Shown: positions 45,415-55,466 of the stretch, one piece after another
How the letters are laid out: every line of letters begins with the position of its first letter
How positions within the stretch are numbered: the stretch's first letter is position 1
NCBI GenBank assembly: GCA_033763315.1
Contig: JANRKS010000002.1
Coordinates: 384,001 to 448,000, forward strand
Origin: Deltaproteobacteria bacterium
GTDB taxonomy: Bacteria > Myxococcota_A > Polyangia > Fen-1088
Reading direction: 5' to 3'
Length of the DNA: 64,000 bases
Notes under the pieces: generated by a model
Told to the model about the DNA's origin: nothing
The model's input: the letters and a program-made list of their open reading frames with translations, nothing else
Databases searched by the model: none
Translations under genes and position numbers: made by a program

Positions 45415-47729
45415 TGCCCACGCGCGCTCTGCTTGCGTTGGCGATAATGATCGTGTGCTCGAGCTGCTTGGCCAAGGCACGTTACCGTTGCCAGGCGTCG
45501 GCGGATTGTCAGGTCGCTGAACGTGCTGGCTTTTGCGAACCCAACGGTGTGTGCAGCTTTGAGGACGCCACCTGCAACGTCACCACGGGACGTCGCTACG
45601 CTGCCACAGACGAAGGCTCGGGCGTGGCTGGTTCATGTGTACCTGTGTTCTGCGAGGCCGATCGCGTGGTTCAAATCGCCACGGGCCGCGAACACAACTG
45701 TGTGCTTCGCCAAAGCGGTCAACTTGAATGCTGGGGTCAAAACGCGCGCGGCGCCTTAGGCGATGGCACCACCACACGGCGCTCGTCGCCTGTGTCGGTG
45801 GTGGGGTTGCAATCGATCGTGGCCGTGGGCGCGGGCGAGCACCACACTTGTGCCGTACGCGCGGCGGGTGACGTGGTCTGCTGGGGCGCAAACGATCACG
45901 GCCAGCTTGGCGACACCACACTCACCGATAGAACCACGCCGGCGCCCGTCGTTGGCTTGCCGGCCGCGCGCTTCGTTGTGGCCGGTGCAGCCTCGACGTG
46001 CGCCCTCGCTGAAGATCGCACGGTCTATTGTTGGGGCGACAACAGCGAAGGCCAGGTGGGCGTCGCCGCCGATCAACAGACCGTGCGCGGGCCACGACAG
46101 GTTCTTGGCCTAACGAACGTGTCACAGCTGGCGTTGCATGCCACGCATGCCTGTGCGCTCACCTTGGAGGGAACCGTGTTTTGCTGGGGCGCCAACCCGT
46201 TTGGGCAATTGGGTGATGGATCGTCGGGGCGCCGATCAGGTGTTGTGCAAGTGCGCGGGTTGGCCAACGCCAAAGCCGTTGTGGTGGCCAACCTGCATTC
46301 ATGCGCGTTAACCACCGATGCGGATGAAAGCGTTGTGTGTTGGGGTGCCAATGGCGCGGGTCAACTGGGCGATGGCACCACGACGTCGCGCGCGGTGCCG
46401 GGGCGCGTGCAACGTTTATCCGGCGTGACGGCCTTTGCTGCTGGTGGCGCGCACACGTGTGCACGCACCCGGGAAGGTGCAGTGTTCTGTTGGGGCTCGA
46501 ACTCAACGGGTCAACTGGGCGATGGCACGCTGGGCCCCTCAAGCTCTCCGATCCGGGCGCAAGCGCTGTTCAATGCGGTAACGGTGTCCGCGGGTGATGG
46601 TCATTCGTGTGCGGTTCGCGACGACGGCACCGTGTGGTGTTGGGGGGATGACCGGCAAGGGCAGTTGGGATTTGGTCGACCGATTTTCAAAGTCACGCCG
46701 GTTGCATTGCCTGCCTTGTCCAAGGTCGTGAAGATGGCGGCGGGCGCGGTTCACACTTGCGCGTTGGATGGAGAAGGCAAAGTGTTTTGTTGGGGCGCAG
46801 GCGCCCTCGGGCGCTTGGGCGATGGTCAAGCCGCCGATTCGTCTTCACCCGTGAATGTGGCGCTCCCCGCCGCCGCCATCGATCTGCAAGTGGGCAGCGA
46901 CACCGCGTGCGCGCGGCTGCGTGGCGGTGGTTGGTGGTGTTGGGGGCGCGGCACAGAAGGGCAATTCGCTGAGCCGCAGCGTTTGGATCGATGGAAACCA
47001 GTGCAAACCTTGTTTGCCGATCCGCCCGTGCTGGCCTTGGGTCGAGCGCACGTTTGCTCTGCGTTGCTCAGCGGCCAAACCTGGTGCTGGGGAGCCAACG
47101 CAGCCATGCAAGCGGGCGCGCCGTCGGGTGCCGTGGTACTGCCCACTTCGCTCGACATGAGCGTCCGCTTGCGGGCAATCGCAGCGGGTGATGCCCACAC
47201 GTGTGGCCTCGATGACGGCGGCGCGGTGTGGTGTTGGGGGCAGGCTGTGGCCGTGCCCGCGTTGGTGCCACTGCCGATGGTAGCGTTGCAACTTGTGGCC
47301 GGTGCCGAACACACATGCGCCCGTTTGATGGATGAAACGGTGTGGTGTTGGGGGCGTGGCCAAGAGGGCCAATTGGGCACGGGTGTGCCTGAGTCTAGGG
47401 CGATTCCGGCGCAGGTATCCAACGTGAAGGCGGCTTTGCTTGCCGCGGGTCGCTACCACACATGCGCGTCGGCACGCGACGGAACCTTGCAATGTTGGGG
47501 GCTCAACAGCAGTGGTCAACTGGGCGACGGCAGCACGCGGACGGCGTTCGTCCCCACCAGCAAGCTCGACCTGCAAGTGGTGCAGCTGACGGCCGGCGGC
47601 GCTCACACGTGCGCGCAAAGCCGCGATGGCGTGGTTCGCTGTTGGGGCGATGATTCTCAGGGTCAGTTGGGCGCGGGAACGGAACTGAACCGTGCGCTGC
47701 CGGTGCCTGTCAGCTTGCTGTGCCGCTGA
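45414..47729 (+). CDS. RCC1-repeat lipoprotein (14 repeats)
   Basis: Fourteen CWG-containing repeats (HTCA...CWGxNxxGQLG) after a Cys-rich N-terminus. Confidence 0.92.
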   Translation: MPTRALLALAIMIVCSSCLAKARYRCQASADCQVAERAGFCEPNGVCSFEDATCNVTTGRRYAATDEGSGVAGSCVPVFCEADRVVQIATGREHNCVLRQSGQLECWGQNARGALGDGTTTRRSSPVSVVGLQSIVAVGAGEHHTCAVRAAGDVVCWGANDHGQLGDTTLTDRTTPAPVVGLPAARFVVAGAASTCALAEDRTVYCWGDNSEGQVGVAADQQTVRGPRQVLGLTNVSQLALHATHACALTLEGTVFCWGANPFGQLGDGSSGRRSGVVQVRGLANAKAVVVANLHSCALTTDADESVVCWGANGAGQLGDGTTTSRAVPGRVQRLSGVTAFAAGGAHTCARTREGAVFCWGSNSTGQLGDGTLGPSSSPIRAQALFNAVTVSAGDGHSCAVRDDGTVWCWGDDRQGQLGFGRPIFKVTPVALPALSKVVKMAAGAVHTCALDGEGKVFCWGAGALGRLGDGQAADSSSPVNVALPAAAIDLQVGSDTACARLRGGGWWCWGRGTEGQFAEPQRLDRWKPVQTLFADPPVLALGRAHVCSALLSGQTWCWGANAAMQAGAPSGAVVLPTSLDMSVRLRAIAAGDAHTCGLDDGGAVWCWGQAVAVPALVPLPMVALQLVAGAEHTCARLMDETVWCWGRGQEGQLGTGVPESRAIPAQVSNVKAALLAAGRYHTCASARDGTLQCWGLNSSGQLGDGSTRTAFVPTSKLDLQVVQLTAGGAHTCAQSRDGVVRCWGDDSQGQLGAGTELNRALPVPVSLLCR

Positions 47730-47749
47730 CGTGGTTTGTGGTCGCTGCC

Positions 47750-48010
47750 CTATTTGCACACAACGGAATCAGGCTCAACACGCGGGCACTTCACCGCTTG
47801 GCTTACGCCCGACGTTAACAAAGAGCAGGCGCTGCTTTGGGCCTCCGTGGCGGCCTCCCGTTTTTCTTCAGCACGGGCGCTGGCACACTTTTGTCGCCCT
47901 TCGAAGGTCACGCACACACGACACTCGATCCCCGTTTTCGTCGTGAGGTCGACGATCAGCAAAGTGGCCAAGACCAAGAAAATGATGACCGGTATCCACG
48001 CGCGCTTCAT
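47750..48010 (-). CDS. Small membrane-anchored six-Cys protein
   Basis: N-terminal TM helix; CRVC...C...C...C...C. Confidence 0.7.
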   Translation of the reverse strand: MKRAWIPVIIFLVLATLLIVDLTTKTGIECRVCVTFEGRQKCASARAEEKREAATEAQSSACSLLTSGVSQAVKCPRVEPDSVVCK

Positions 48011-48078
48011 GTTAGATGGTCAACATACCATCATCCTTGCGGCTGTTGTGTTGGGGCTCAACTGGGTATGATGGCGCG

Positions 48079-49488
48079 ATGGCCCCCTCCGAACGCACGC
48101 TGACCGCCCAGCTGGACTCCGCCGCTGCCGCCAATTTGGCCGACATTCCGTTGTTGCTGTTGGCAGGGCGTGCCGGGGCCGGCCGGATCGAAGCGAACGA
48201 GCGTTTGTTGGTGCTGGGCAAGGTGTTGGACGTTGGCCGTCGTCCTTCAGGTGCGGCCCAGGTGATGCCGGGCGCGCTGCTGTTGGATGATCCTCTCGCG
48301 TCGTCTCGCCATGCCCGGTTTGAACGGCGCGATGACGGCTGGGTCCTGTTCGATCAAGGCAGCAAGAACGGTTTGTTCGTGGGCGGTGAACGCTTGTTGA
48401 GCGCTCGTCAATTGCAAGACGGCGATGTGATCACGGTGGGCTCGCATCTGTTCGTGTTTCGCCTCGCCACGCAAGAGCAGCTCGTGGCCATTCGCAAGGA
48501 TCTCTCATCACCGCTTGCGCCCGTGCCCACAACGTCGCCGCGTTTGGCGCTGCAGAACGACAAGCTTCGCCGGCTGGCCAACTCGGACGCGGAAGTCCTC
48601 CTGGTTGGTGAAACAGGCGTCGGCAAAGAGATCTACGCACGCGCCTTGCACGATGCCTCTGGCCGCAAGGGCCGGTTCGTGGCGCTCAACTGCGCAGCCA
48701 TCCCTCGCGAGCTCGTGGAGAGCGAACTGTTCGGCTACCGCGCCGGTGCGCATTCCACCGCCTCAGCCGGCAAACCGGGCTTGGTGGAAGAAGCGGACGG
48801 CGGCACGTTATTTCTCGATGAAATCGGCGAGATGACCCGAGATGCGCAGACCAAAGTGCTGCGCTTCTTGCAGGATCGTGAGTTAACGCCGCTTGGCTCG
48901 ACGCGGCCTCGTCGCATCGATGTGCGCGTGGTCGCGGCCACCAACCGCAATGTCATGCCGGGGTCAAGCGACGGTTTGCGTGACGATTTGCTGGGACGCT
49001 TGGGCGCAGCCCCGTTGTGGTTGCCGCCGCTACGCGATCGACGCGAAGACATTGGCCCCTTGGCCGCGTTCTTCTTGGCCCGCGAAACTGCCAAGCGTGG
49101 CAGTGGCCCTGCGGGTTTCGATGCAGGGGCGCTCTCATCGCTGGTGATGGCGGCCTTTCCACTCAACGTGAGGCAGCTTGAAAAGACGGTGGGCGCCGCC
49201 GTCGCGTTGGCTGATCCCCGCGATCTCATCGGTGTGCGACATCTGCCCGAGACGTTAAACGCGCACCTTCCCGTGGCGGCGCCCATCACGCCCTTGGCGC
49301 TGCGTGTGCCTGAGACGCGTTCGGGCCGCAAGGCGCCGGAGCCGGCACCCTTGCGCGAGGACGTGGAGCGGCTGCTAGGGCTGCACAAGGGGAACGTGGC
49401 TGAAGTGGCGCGTGCGCTTGGGCGGCAACGTGCGGCGGTGTGGCGCTGGATCAAACAATTCGGCTTAAATCCCGAAAGCTTTCGCTAG
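48079..49488 (+). CDS. FHA-domain sigma54-type enhancer-binding protein
   Basis: FHA (GR, SSRHA, GSKNG), GETGVGKE, ESELFG, GTLFLDEIG, AATNR, C-terminal HTH; the GAFTGA loop reads GAHSTA. Confidence 0.92.
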   Translation: MAPSERTLTAQLDSAAAANLADIPLLLLAGRAGAGRIEANERLLVLGKVLDVGRRPSGAAQVMPGALLLDDPLASSRHARFERRDDGWVLFDQGSKNGLFVGGERLLSARQLQDGDVITVGSHLFVFRLATQEQLVAIRKDLSSPLAPVPTTSPRLALQNDKLRRLANSDAEVLLVGETGVGKEIYARALHDASGRKGRFVALNCAAIPRELVESELFGYRAGAHSTASAGKPGLVEEADGGTLFLDEIGEMTRDAQTKVLRFLQDRELTPLGSTRPRRIDVRVVAATNRNVMPGSSDGLRDDLLGRLGAAPLWLPPLRDRREDIGPLAAFFLARETAKRGSGPAGFDAGALSSLVMAAFPLNVRQLEKTVGAAVALADPRDLIGVRHLPETLNAHLPVAAPITPLALRVPETRSGRKAPEPAPLREDVERLLGLHKGNVAEVARALGRQRAAVWRWIKQFGLNPESFR

Positions 49489-49593
49489 GGACTCGGAACA
49501 AGGTCGTTAACTGTGCTCAACCTGGGCCCGCATCCCGCCGATGCCAACCCCAATTCATGAACCGCGCACTTGCACTTGGCGTGTGGCAACACG

Positions 49594-50691
49594 ATGGGTT
49601 TTTTCGGACGTAGCGACACCCGCATTCCGCCTGAGCCCGAACCCCAGGTGCTGAGCCCGTCCGATATGGGGCTCGACACCCTGGCGGCCGTTGTACGCAT
49701 TTTAGGTGAGTACCCGTTTGACCAAGAAAAGATGACGGGGGCGGCTTTTTCTCGATTGGCCGAGCAGTGGGCCCGTCACGTCACCACGGGCACGCCCTCA
49801 CCCAACGGAGGCGGTGCCAGCACGGCCTTGTCTGAAGCCCGCCGCGACTGGACGGGTGTGCGCAACTTCGTCACTGAGTATTGCAGCGGGGCCACTTCGC
49901 ACACGCGTACCGTGCTCGGCGATTTGCGCCAGGTGATCTGGGTGTTCATCCAGAACCTCAGCCATCAAATGCGTTCTGAGGAAGCGGCCGACGGCAAAGT
50001 CAAAGTTCAGCTTGAGCGCCTGGAGAAACTCGCCGTGGCGTCAGAACCTTCCACGTTGAAGAAGGAAGTGTTGTCCACGGTGATCGAACTTGGGCGCGTG
50101 ATGGACGAGCGCCGGCAAGCGCAAAGGCAGCGCGTGAACGAACTCGGCAACCAAGTCAAGGTGCTGGGCCAAGAGCTGGACGTCACGCGAAGGCAAAGCG
50201 AAGTGGATGCCCTCACGCAGCTTTACAACCGCCGGGCCTTTGACGAATACCTGGAGCGCACTTTGGAACTGCAGCGTGTTTTCAATCAAGACGCCTGCTT
50301 GATGTTCATTGATGTCGACAATTTCAAAACCATCAACGACACCCATGGACACCCCGTGGGCGACGAGGTGTTGCGTAAAGTGGCGGACGCTGTCACACGC
50401 TTGTTTATCCGCAAAAGCGATTTCGTCGCGCGCTTCGGTGGCGACGAAATCGCCGTGGTCTTGCGGGAAACCAGTGCCAAGGAGGCCAAAGGCCTTGCAA
50501 TACGCTTGCTGAATTTGCTGCGTGCGCTGGAAATCGAACGCGACGGTGTTCTCGTGAAGGTTCGCGCCTCCGTCGGTGGCGCCAGCGCTATGATCGGCGA
50601 CACTTGCTCAACATGGATGGAGCGCACTGATCGGGCGTTGTACGAGGCGAAGCGCGCGGGGCGGGATCAAGCGGTGGTGGCCGGTGCCTAA
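49594..50691 (+). CDS. Diguanylate cyclase (GGDEF domain)
   Basis: DALTQLYNRR, DVDNFKTIND..GH..GD, RKSD I-site, ARFGGDEI. Confidence 0.92.
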   Translation: MGFFGRSDTRIPPEPEPQVLSPSDMGLDTLAAVVRILGEYPFDQEKMTGAAFSRLAEQWARHVTTGTPSPNGGGASTALSEARRDWTGVRNFVTEYCSGATSHTRTVLGDLRQVIWVFIQNLSHQMRSEEAADGKVKVQLERLEKLAVASEPSTLKKEVLSTVIELGRVMDERRQAQRQRVNELGNQVKVLGQELDVTRRQSEVDALTQLYNRRAFDEYLERTLELQRVFNQDACLMFIDVDNFKTINDTHGHPVGDEVLRKVADAVTRLFIRKSDFVARFGGDEIAVVLRETSAKEAKGLAIRLLNLLRALEIERDGVLVKVRASVGGASAMIGDTCSTWMERTDRALYEAKRAGRDQAVVAGA

Positions 50692-51524
50692 CCGCGACGA
50701 GCGGTGTCTATCGCAAGCTCCGTCAAGGGCACCAGCGTCTCACGTACATAACGCCCATTGTTGATGGTGGCTGCGTCCGGCTTGGTCTCGGCCAGTTCGC
50801 ATTCGTCTTCAACCATGATCCAGCCCGCGTACTGCGTATCGCGCAGGTGTTTGACGATGCCCGAAAAATCGATGACGCCGCTTCCCATCGGGGCCCATCG
50901 TTTGTCGGCAAACATGTCTTTGAAATGCACATGGTTTATCCGCGAGCGGTACTGCTTCACAATGTGCAGCGGGTCCATTCCACCGCGGGCGATGTGCCCC
51001 GAATCTGGCGCGTACCCGATGAGATCTTGCCTTAGCCCTTGCAGCAAGATTTCGTAATCTTCGGCGGTTCGAAACACGGAACCGGCGGGCGAGTTCGGAT
51101 GATACGTGCAGGGGATGCCCTGGTCGGTGGCCCTTTGCGCCACGGCGTTCACACAGGCAATCAAGTTCTTTTGCCGTTCACGCAGGTTTTCGCGATCGGG
51201 GCCGGGCATCTGGCAAAGCACAAACATCGTGCCCGGAAAGTGTTTCAGGAAGTTGATGTAATGGTCTGCATGCGTGCGTTCGCTTTCGGCTTCCTTGGTG
51301 CCCAACCAATCTTCAACCAGACAGATGGCCCCAAGGTCTATGCCTGCGGCCGCCACGGCGTCCTTGGCAAGCAGAGGATCGGCCAAATCGCCGAGCATCA
51401 CGACCTCGGGTTCAAGACCTGCAAATCCAGCTTGCTTTCCGATAGACAAGATATGCGGAATGCGGCCTTTGTAGGCATCCCCGGACATGAGCCACGTATA
51501 GGTTTGGCAACCAAATCGAATCAT
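50688..51524 (-). CDS. Sugar phosphate isomerase/epimerase (TIM barrel, IolE-like)
   Basis: YHPNS, PDSGHIARGG, HVHFKD, GSGVIDF, WIMVEDE. Confidence 0.85.
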   Translation of the reverse strand: MIRFGCQTYTWLMSGDAYKGRIPHILSIGKQAGFAGLEPEVVMLGDLADPLLAKDAVAAAGIDLGAICLVEDWLGTKEAESERTHADHYINFLKHFPGTMFVLCQMPGPDRENLRERQKNLIACVNAVAQRATDQGIPCTYHPNSPAGSVFRTAEDYEILLQGLRQDLIGYAPDSGHIARGGMDPLHIVKQYRSRINHVHFKDMFADKRWAPMGSGVIDFSGIVKHLRDTQYAGWIMVEDECELAETKPDAATINNGRYVRETLVPLTELAIDTARRG

Positions 51525-51525
51525 T

Positions 51526-52326
51526 TCAGTTCTCCAATAACCATTGCGTCGTCGCTTGGTTGAACTCTTCCAACGCTTCCCAATGGTGTACGTGGCCACC
51601 ACCAGCAAAGAGTCTCAATTCGCTGCTCGCGATCCGCTCGTGCAGGTATTCGGAAAAGCGCATGGGCGTGAAAATATCGTGCGTACCAACGGTTAAGAGG
51701 GTTGGCACATCGATCTTGTGGACCTCGTTTGTTGTGTCGTGTTCGATGCACGCCACGCATTGTGCCTCGAATGCCGCGAGCGGCATCCACGCATCGTCGC
51801 TGGCCGCCGCACGTTGCGCTTGCACAAGCTCGGCGAGGTTGGCTTGCATGTACGCCGGGGTCCAGATCCACAATTGAAGCAACTGCACAAAATCTTCGGG
51901 CTTCAGAGCCGCGCGGGCTTTGGCGAAATGCTGGAAAATCGCGCGGGCGTATTCATCACACTTCGCCCAGGTGCATACCAACACCAAACTGCGCACCACA
52001 TCTGGATGCCGCAGCGCCAACCGTTGTGCGATCGCGCCGCCCATGGAAATGCCCGCGACGCGCACCTTGCCTAACCCCAGAGCCTTGATAAGGCCGGCAT
52101 AGTCATCCGCCATTTGCGCAGTCGTGTACGGACCCTTGGGTTTGTCGCTTTGCCCTGTGCCACGGTTATCAACTAGAAAACAGCGAAACCGCTTTGCATA
52201 AGCTTGTGCGTGCAGATCCCAAACCTGACCATCGGCGCCCAGTCCCATAATCAAAACCAATGGATCGCCCGTGCCGCGTTCTTCGTAGGCCAAGCGGATA
52301 CCGTTGCTTTGCACGAACCTCATCAT
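51526..52326 (-). CDS. Alpha/beta hydrolase (PcaD-like)
   Basis: LIMGLG, DNRGTGQS, GISMGG nucleophile, HDIFTP, GGHVH. Confidence 0.9.
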   Translation of the reverse strand: MMRFVQSNGIRLAYEERGTGDPLVLIMGLGADGQVWDLHAQAYAKRFRCFLVDNRGTGQSDKPKGPYTTAQMADDYAGLIKALGLGKVRVAGISMGGAIAQRLALRHPDVVRSLVLVCTWAKCDEYARAIFQHFAKARAALKPEDFVQLLQLWIWTPAYMQANLAELVQAQRAAASDDAWMPLAAFEAQCVACIEHDTTNEVHKIDVPTLLTVGTHDIFTPMRFSEYLHERIASSELRLFAGGGHVHHWEALEEFNQATTQWLLEN

Positions 52327-53240
52327 GAGATTTGTATTCCTTGCGCGAGCGCGCGTACGTAGGACACAGCGCTAAGCGCGTCCCTTTGGGTTGTAGGACA
52401 GAAGCAGAAATCAAGACACCACCATTGCAGGTTCTGCAACGCGGGATGGAGCGCCTGCAGCACCTCAGGGAAATCAATGTGCCCTTGGCCAAACGGCGTG
52501 TGTGTTGAGGTTTCGTTCTCGTGCAACGAGCCGTCGGAGTCCATGAGGTGCACATGTCCAATGTGTGGCGCAAGCATTTGCGCGTACTGCGCTAACCCGC
52601 CCGCGAGGACCTCCGGCTTGCCTGTGTGGCGTGCCCCAACCACCGCCCCCATGTAACTGTGGCTGGTGTCGAACAGAATCTTGAACGCAGGGTGCTCCAC
52701 TTGCCGCACCAGCCGCAGCACTTCGGAAGGCTTGTTCAACCAGAACCCGGGCTCATACTCCCACACCACCGTGACATCTCCCTGGGCGCACAGGGCTGCG
52801 GCCTTGCGCCACGTGGTGACCAACTGTTCAAAGCGGCGTTCGTATTGCACCGGATCAAGCGCCACAGGAGGCGACACGGTATCGACGCGCAAGATCTTAA
52901 TGTCGAGGTCGGCCATGAAGTCGAGGCACGACTGCACGACAGCAATATAGGAGTCAGGAGATGCGACAGCCGGGGGGACCGCATGAAAGTCTGGCGCGTA
53001 TCCGGAAATCCCTAGGCCGAGGTCATCCAAGTACCGTTTGAGACCCATCCGTTTGGCCCGCGACTCATAGTCCGCCGGGTGAGGGTGGGGGCGAAAGCCG
53101 TTGATCTCAACACCATCATATCCGGCGTCGGCGGTGTACTTGCAGAATGCCTCGAAGGACCACGGGTTGTTGGCGAAGGGACCAAACGAAAAGGCCCAAC
53201 TTCCCAGCGAGATCCTTGGTTTGAGCGCTTGCCGGCTCAT
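52323..53240 (-). CDS. Sugar phosphate isomerase/epimerase (TIM barrel)
   Basis: GYDGVE, WEYEPG, LFDTSH, HVHLMDSD, GQGHIDF. Confidence 0.85.
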   Translation of the reverse strand: MSRQALKPRISLGSWAFSFGPFANNPWSFEAFCKYTADAGYDGVEINGFRPHPHPADYESRAKRMGLKRYLDDLGLGISGYAPDFHAVPPAVASPDSYIAVVQSCLDFMADLDIKILRVDTVSPPVALDPVQYERRFEQLVTTWRKAAALCAQGDVTVVWEYEPGFWLNKPSEVLRLVRQVEHPAFKILFDTSHSYMGAVVGARHTGKPEVLAGGLAQYAQMLAPHIGHVHLMDSDGSLHENETSTHTPFGQGHIDFPEVLQALHPALQNLQWWCLDFCFCPTTQRDALSAVSYVRALAQGIQIS

Positions 53241-53348
53241 AGCTGATCTGAGGTCACCTTTTGCCACCGTGTCGTCACAGACTCGTCGCCTAACTTACGC
53301 GCAACGCGCCCCAAACGCAGATTAGGGTCACGCCGTCTTGGAGGACTC

Positions 53349-55466
53349 ATGATTCAACGCTTATTTCTATTCCGTACATTGGCCACCGCTATAGTGCTTT
53401 CTTCCTGTTTTGCAGCCTGTGGAGAACAAGAGGAGAAGATCGGGGGCGACTTGGCCTTCGAACTCACAGCGGGCCCGGATGTGCGCTTGGGCACTGTTAA
53501 CTATGCGGTGTCCGGCAATGGATTCATGAAGAATGGCACCATCGACGCTTCGGCAAGCAGCCAGATCTCCGGCCGCATCGGTGGCATTCCTTCGGGTCAG
53601 GGCTTCGCTTTGTTGCTCACGGCGACGGCGGCCAACGACCCCGGCATCAAGTGCGAGGGCAAGGCCAACTTCAACATCGCCGCTGGCGCTGTCACGCAGG
53701 TGTTTGTGAACGTGCAGTGCCGCTTGCCGGCAAAAACTGGCACCGTCGTGATCAACGGCAAGGTCAATGTTTGTCCCATCATCGATGCTGTTGATGTCCT
53801 GCCAGCCGAAAGTCTTGTGGGCGGTTCGGTGTTCTTGAAGGTGCAAGCGCACGATACCGATTCAAGCCACGCGGCCGTGGCCTACGCGTGGACGAGTACC
53901 GTGGGCGCCGTGACGGGCGCCACGCTCGCTTCGGCGTCCACCTTGTGCAGCACCGCTGGCAGCGGCACCGTAACGGTGACGGTCACGGATGGTGATTGCA
54001 GCGACACTGTGGCTGTGCCGGTGTTATGCACGCCCCTTCCCAACGCCACCGATGCCGCCGTGCCCACAGACGCACCAGCTGCGGCCCCAGCCGTGGTGAA
54101 GGTGAACGAAGTGGAATCCAATGCGGGCGTTCCGGGTGATTGGGTTGAGCTCTACAATGCCGGCTCCACCGCGGCCGATCTGTCATCGTGGGTCTTCAAA
54201 GACAACGACGACACGCACGTGTACACCATCCCCAGCGGAACCACTCTGGCGCCGGGCGCGTTCTTGGTTATCGACGAATCAAGCCTTGGCTTTGGCTTGG
54301 GCGGCGGCGATTCAGCACGCGTGTTCGACAACACCGGGACTTTGGTTGATAGCTACACATGGACGGCACACGCCGCCATCACCTACGCACGTTGCCCCGA
54401 TGGATTCGGCGCCTTCGCTTCGAGCGCCGCCTCCACGAAGGGCAGCGCCAACAATTGCGGCGTTGTGGTTGTGCCTGACGCGGCCGCGCCCGACGCTTCG
54501 GCACCGGATGCAGGCGTCGCCACGTTGCCCTGGCCGGGCCCCGACAATGTGGTGACGGTGGACGAGCTCAACCAGTTTGGGGACAACTTGAGCGGCCTGC
54601 ACTACGAGGACGCCACCGCCACCAGCCCAACGGTGTTGTGGGGCGTTTTAAACAGCCCCTCGTTGCTCTATCGTTTGCTGTGGAACGGCTCCACGTGGGC
54701 TTCGGATCCAAGCAACGGTTGGATGGCCGGGAAGACCCTGCGCTATCCCTCGGGCACGGGCAACCCCGATAGCGAGGGCATCACGCGCGCTGAAGCGGGC
54801 TCAACCGCGATGTATATCAGCACCGAGCGTAACAACGACGCGAGCTCAGTCAGCCGCCTGAGCATCCTGCGCGTTGACACCTCCGCTGCGGGCCTGGAGC
54901 TTGTGGCCACGAACGAATGGAACATCAATGCGGATCTGCCCGTGGTGGGCGCCAACTTGGGGCTTGAAGCCATTACGTGGATCCCCGATACGTACCTCGT
55001 GGCCAATGGCCTGCGTGATCAGAACACCAACTTGCCCTACAACCCCGGCAACTACGCGAACCACGGCACGGGCTTGTTCTTTGTGGGTGTTGAAGGCACA
55101 GGCATGATTTACGCCTACGCCCTGGATCACAGCGGCAGCAACTATAAACGCATCGCCTCTTTCTCAAGCGGCCAAGCCGCTGTGATGGACCTGGCGTTTG
55201 ATCGAGCGACAGGTGCGTTGTGGTCAGATTGCGACAACACGTGCGGCAACACGAACACCATCTTGGGCCTTGTTGGCGGCGACTTCGTTGTGCGTAAGAA
55301 ACTGCTGCGCCCCACGACGCTGCCGGACTCGAACAACGAAGGCATCACCTTCGCTCCCGAATCCGCATGCGTGGGTGGCACCAAACCATTCTTCTGGTCC
55401 GATGATTCACACTTCGCGGGCCACGCCTTGCGCCAAGGCTTCGTGAACTGCGGCCCACTGTTCTAG
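53349..55466 (+). CDS. Lipoprotein with Ig-like, lamin-tail and C-terminal beta-propeller domains
   Basis: Lipobox FAAC; VNEVES...DWVELYN...DLSSW (lamin tail); NLSGL, DSEGIT, GLEAIT, NNEGIT propeller blades. Confidence 0.8.
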   Translation: MIQRLFLFRTLATAIVLSSCFAACGEQEEKIGGDLAFELTAGPDVRLGTVNYAVSGNGFMKNGTIDASASSQISGRIGGIPSGQGFALLLTATAANDPGIKCEGKANFNIAAGAVTQVFVNVQCRLPAKTGTVVINGKVNVCPIIDAVDVLPAESLVGGSVFLKVQAHDTDSSHAAVAYAWTSTVGAVTGATLASASTLCSTAGSGTVTVTVTDGDCSDTVAVPVLCTPLPNATDAAVPTDAPAAAPAVVKVNEVESNAGVPGDWVELYNAGSTAADLSSWVFKDNDDTHVYTIPSGTTLAPGAFLVIDESSLGFGLGGGDSARVFDNTGTLVDSYTWTAHAAITYARCPDGFGAFASSAASTKGSANNCGVVVVPDAAAPDASAPDAGVATLPWPGPDNVVTVDELNQFGDNLSGLHYEDATATSPTVLWGVLNSPSLLYRLLWNGSTWASDPSNGWMAGKTLRYPSGTGNPDSEGITRAEAGSTAMYISTERNNDASSVSRLSILRVDTSAAGLELVATNEWNINADLPVVGANLGLEAITWIPDTYLVANGLRDQNTNLPYNPGNYANHGTGLFFVGVEGTGMIYAYALDHSGSNYKRIASFSSGQAAVMDLAFDRATGALWSDCDNTCGNTNTILGLVGGDFVVRKKLLRPTTLPDSNNEGITFAPESACVGGTKPFFWSDDSHFAGHALRQGFVNCGPLF

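Noticed and set aside
45700-47700. Repeated DNA motif (TGTTGGGG...GGTCAACTGGGCGATGG) as a mobile repeat
   Set aside because: Fully explained by RCC1 protein repeats.
49594-50691. GGDEI as an inactive or novel GGDEF variant
   Set aside because: The catalytic GGDE and upstream Asp/Asn residues are intact; variation at the fifth position alone is weak evidence.
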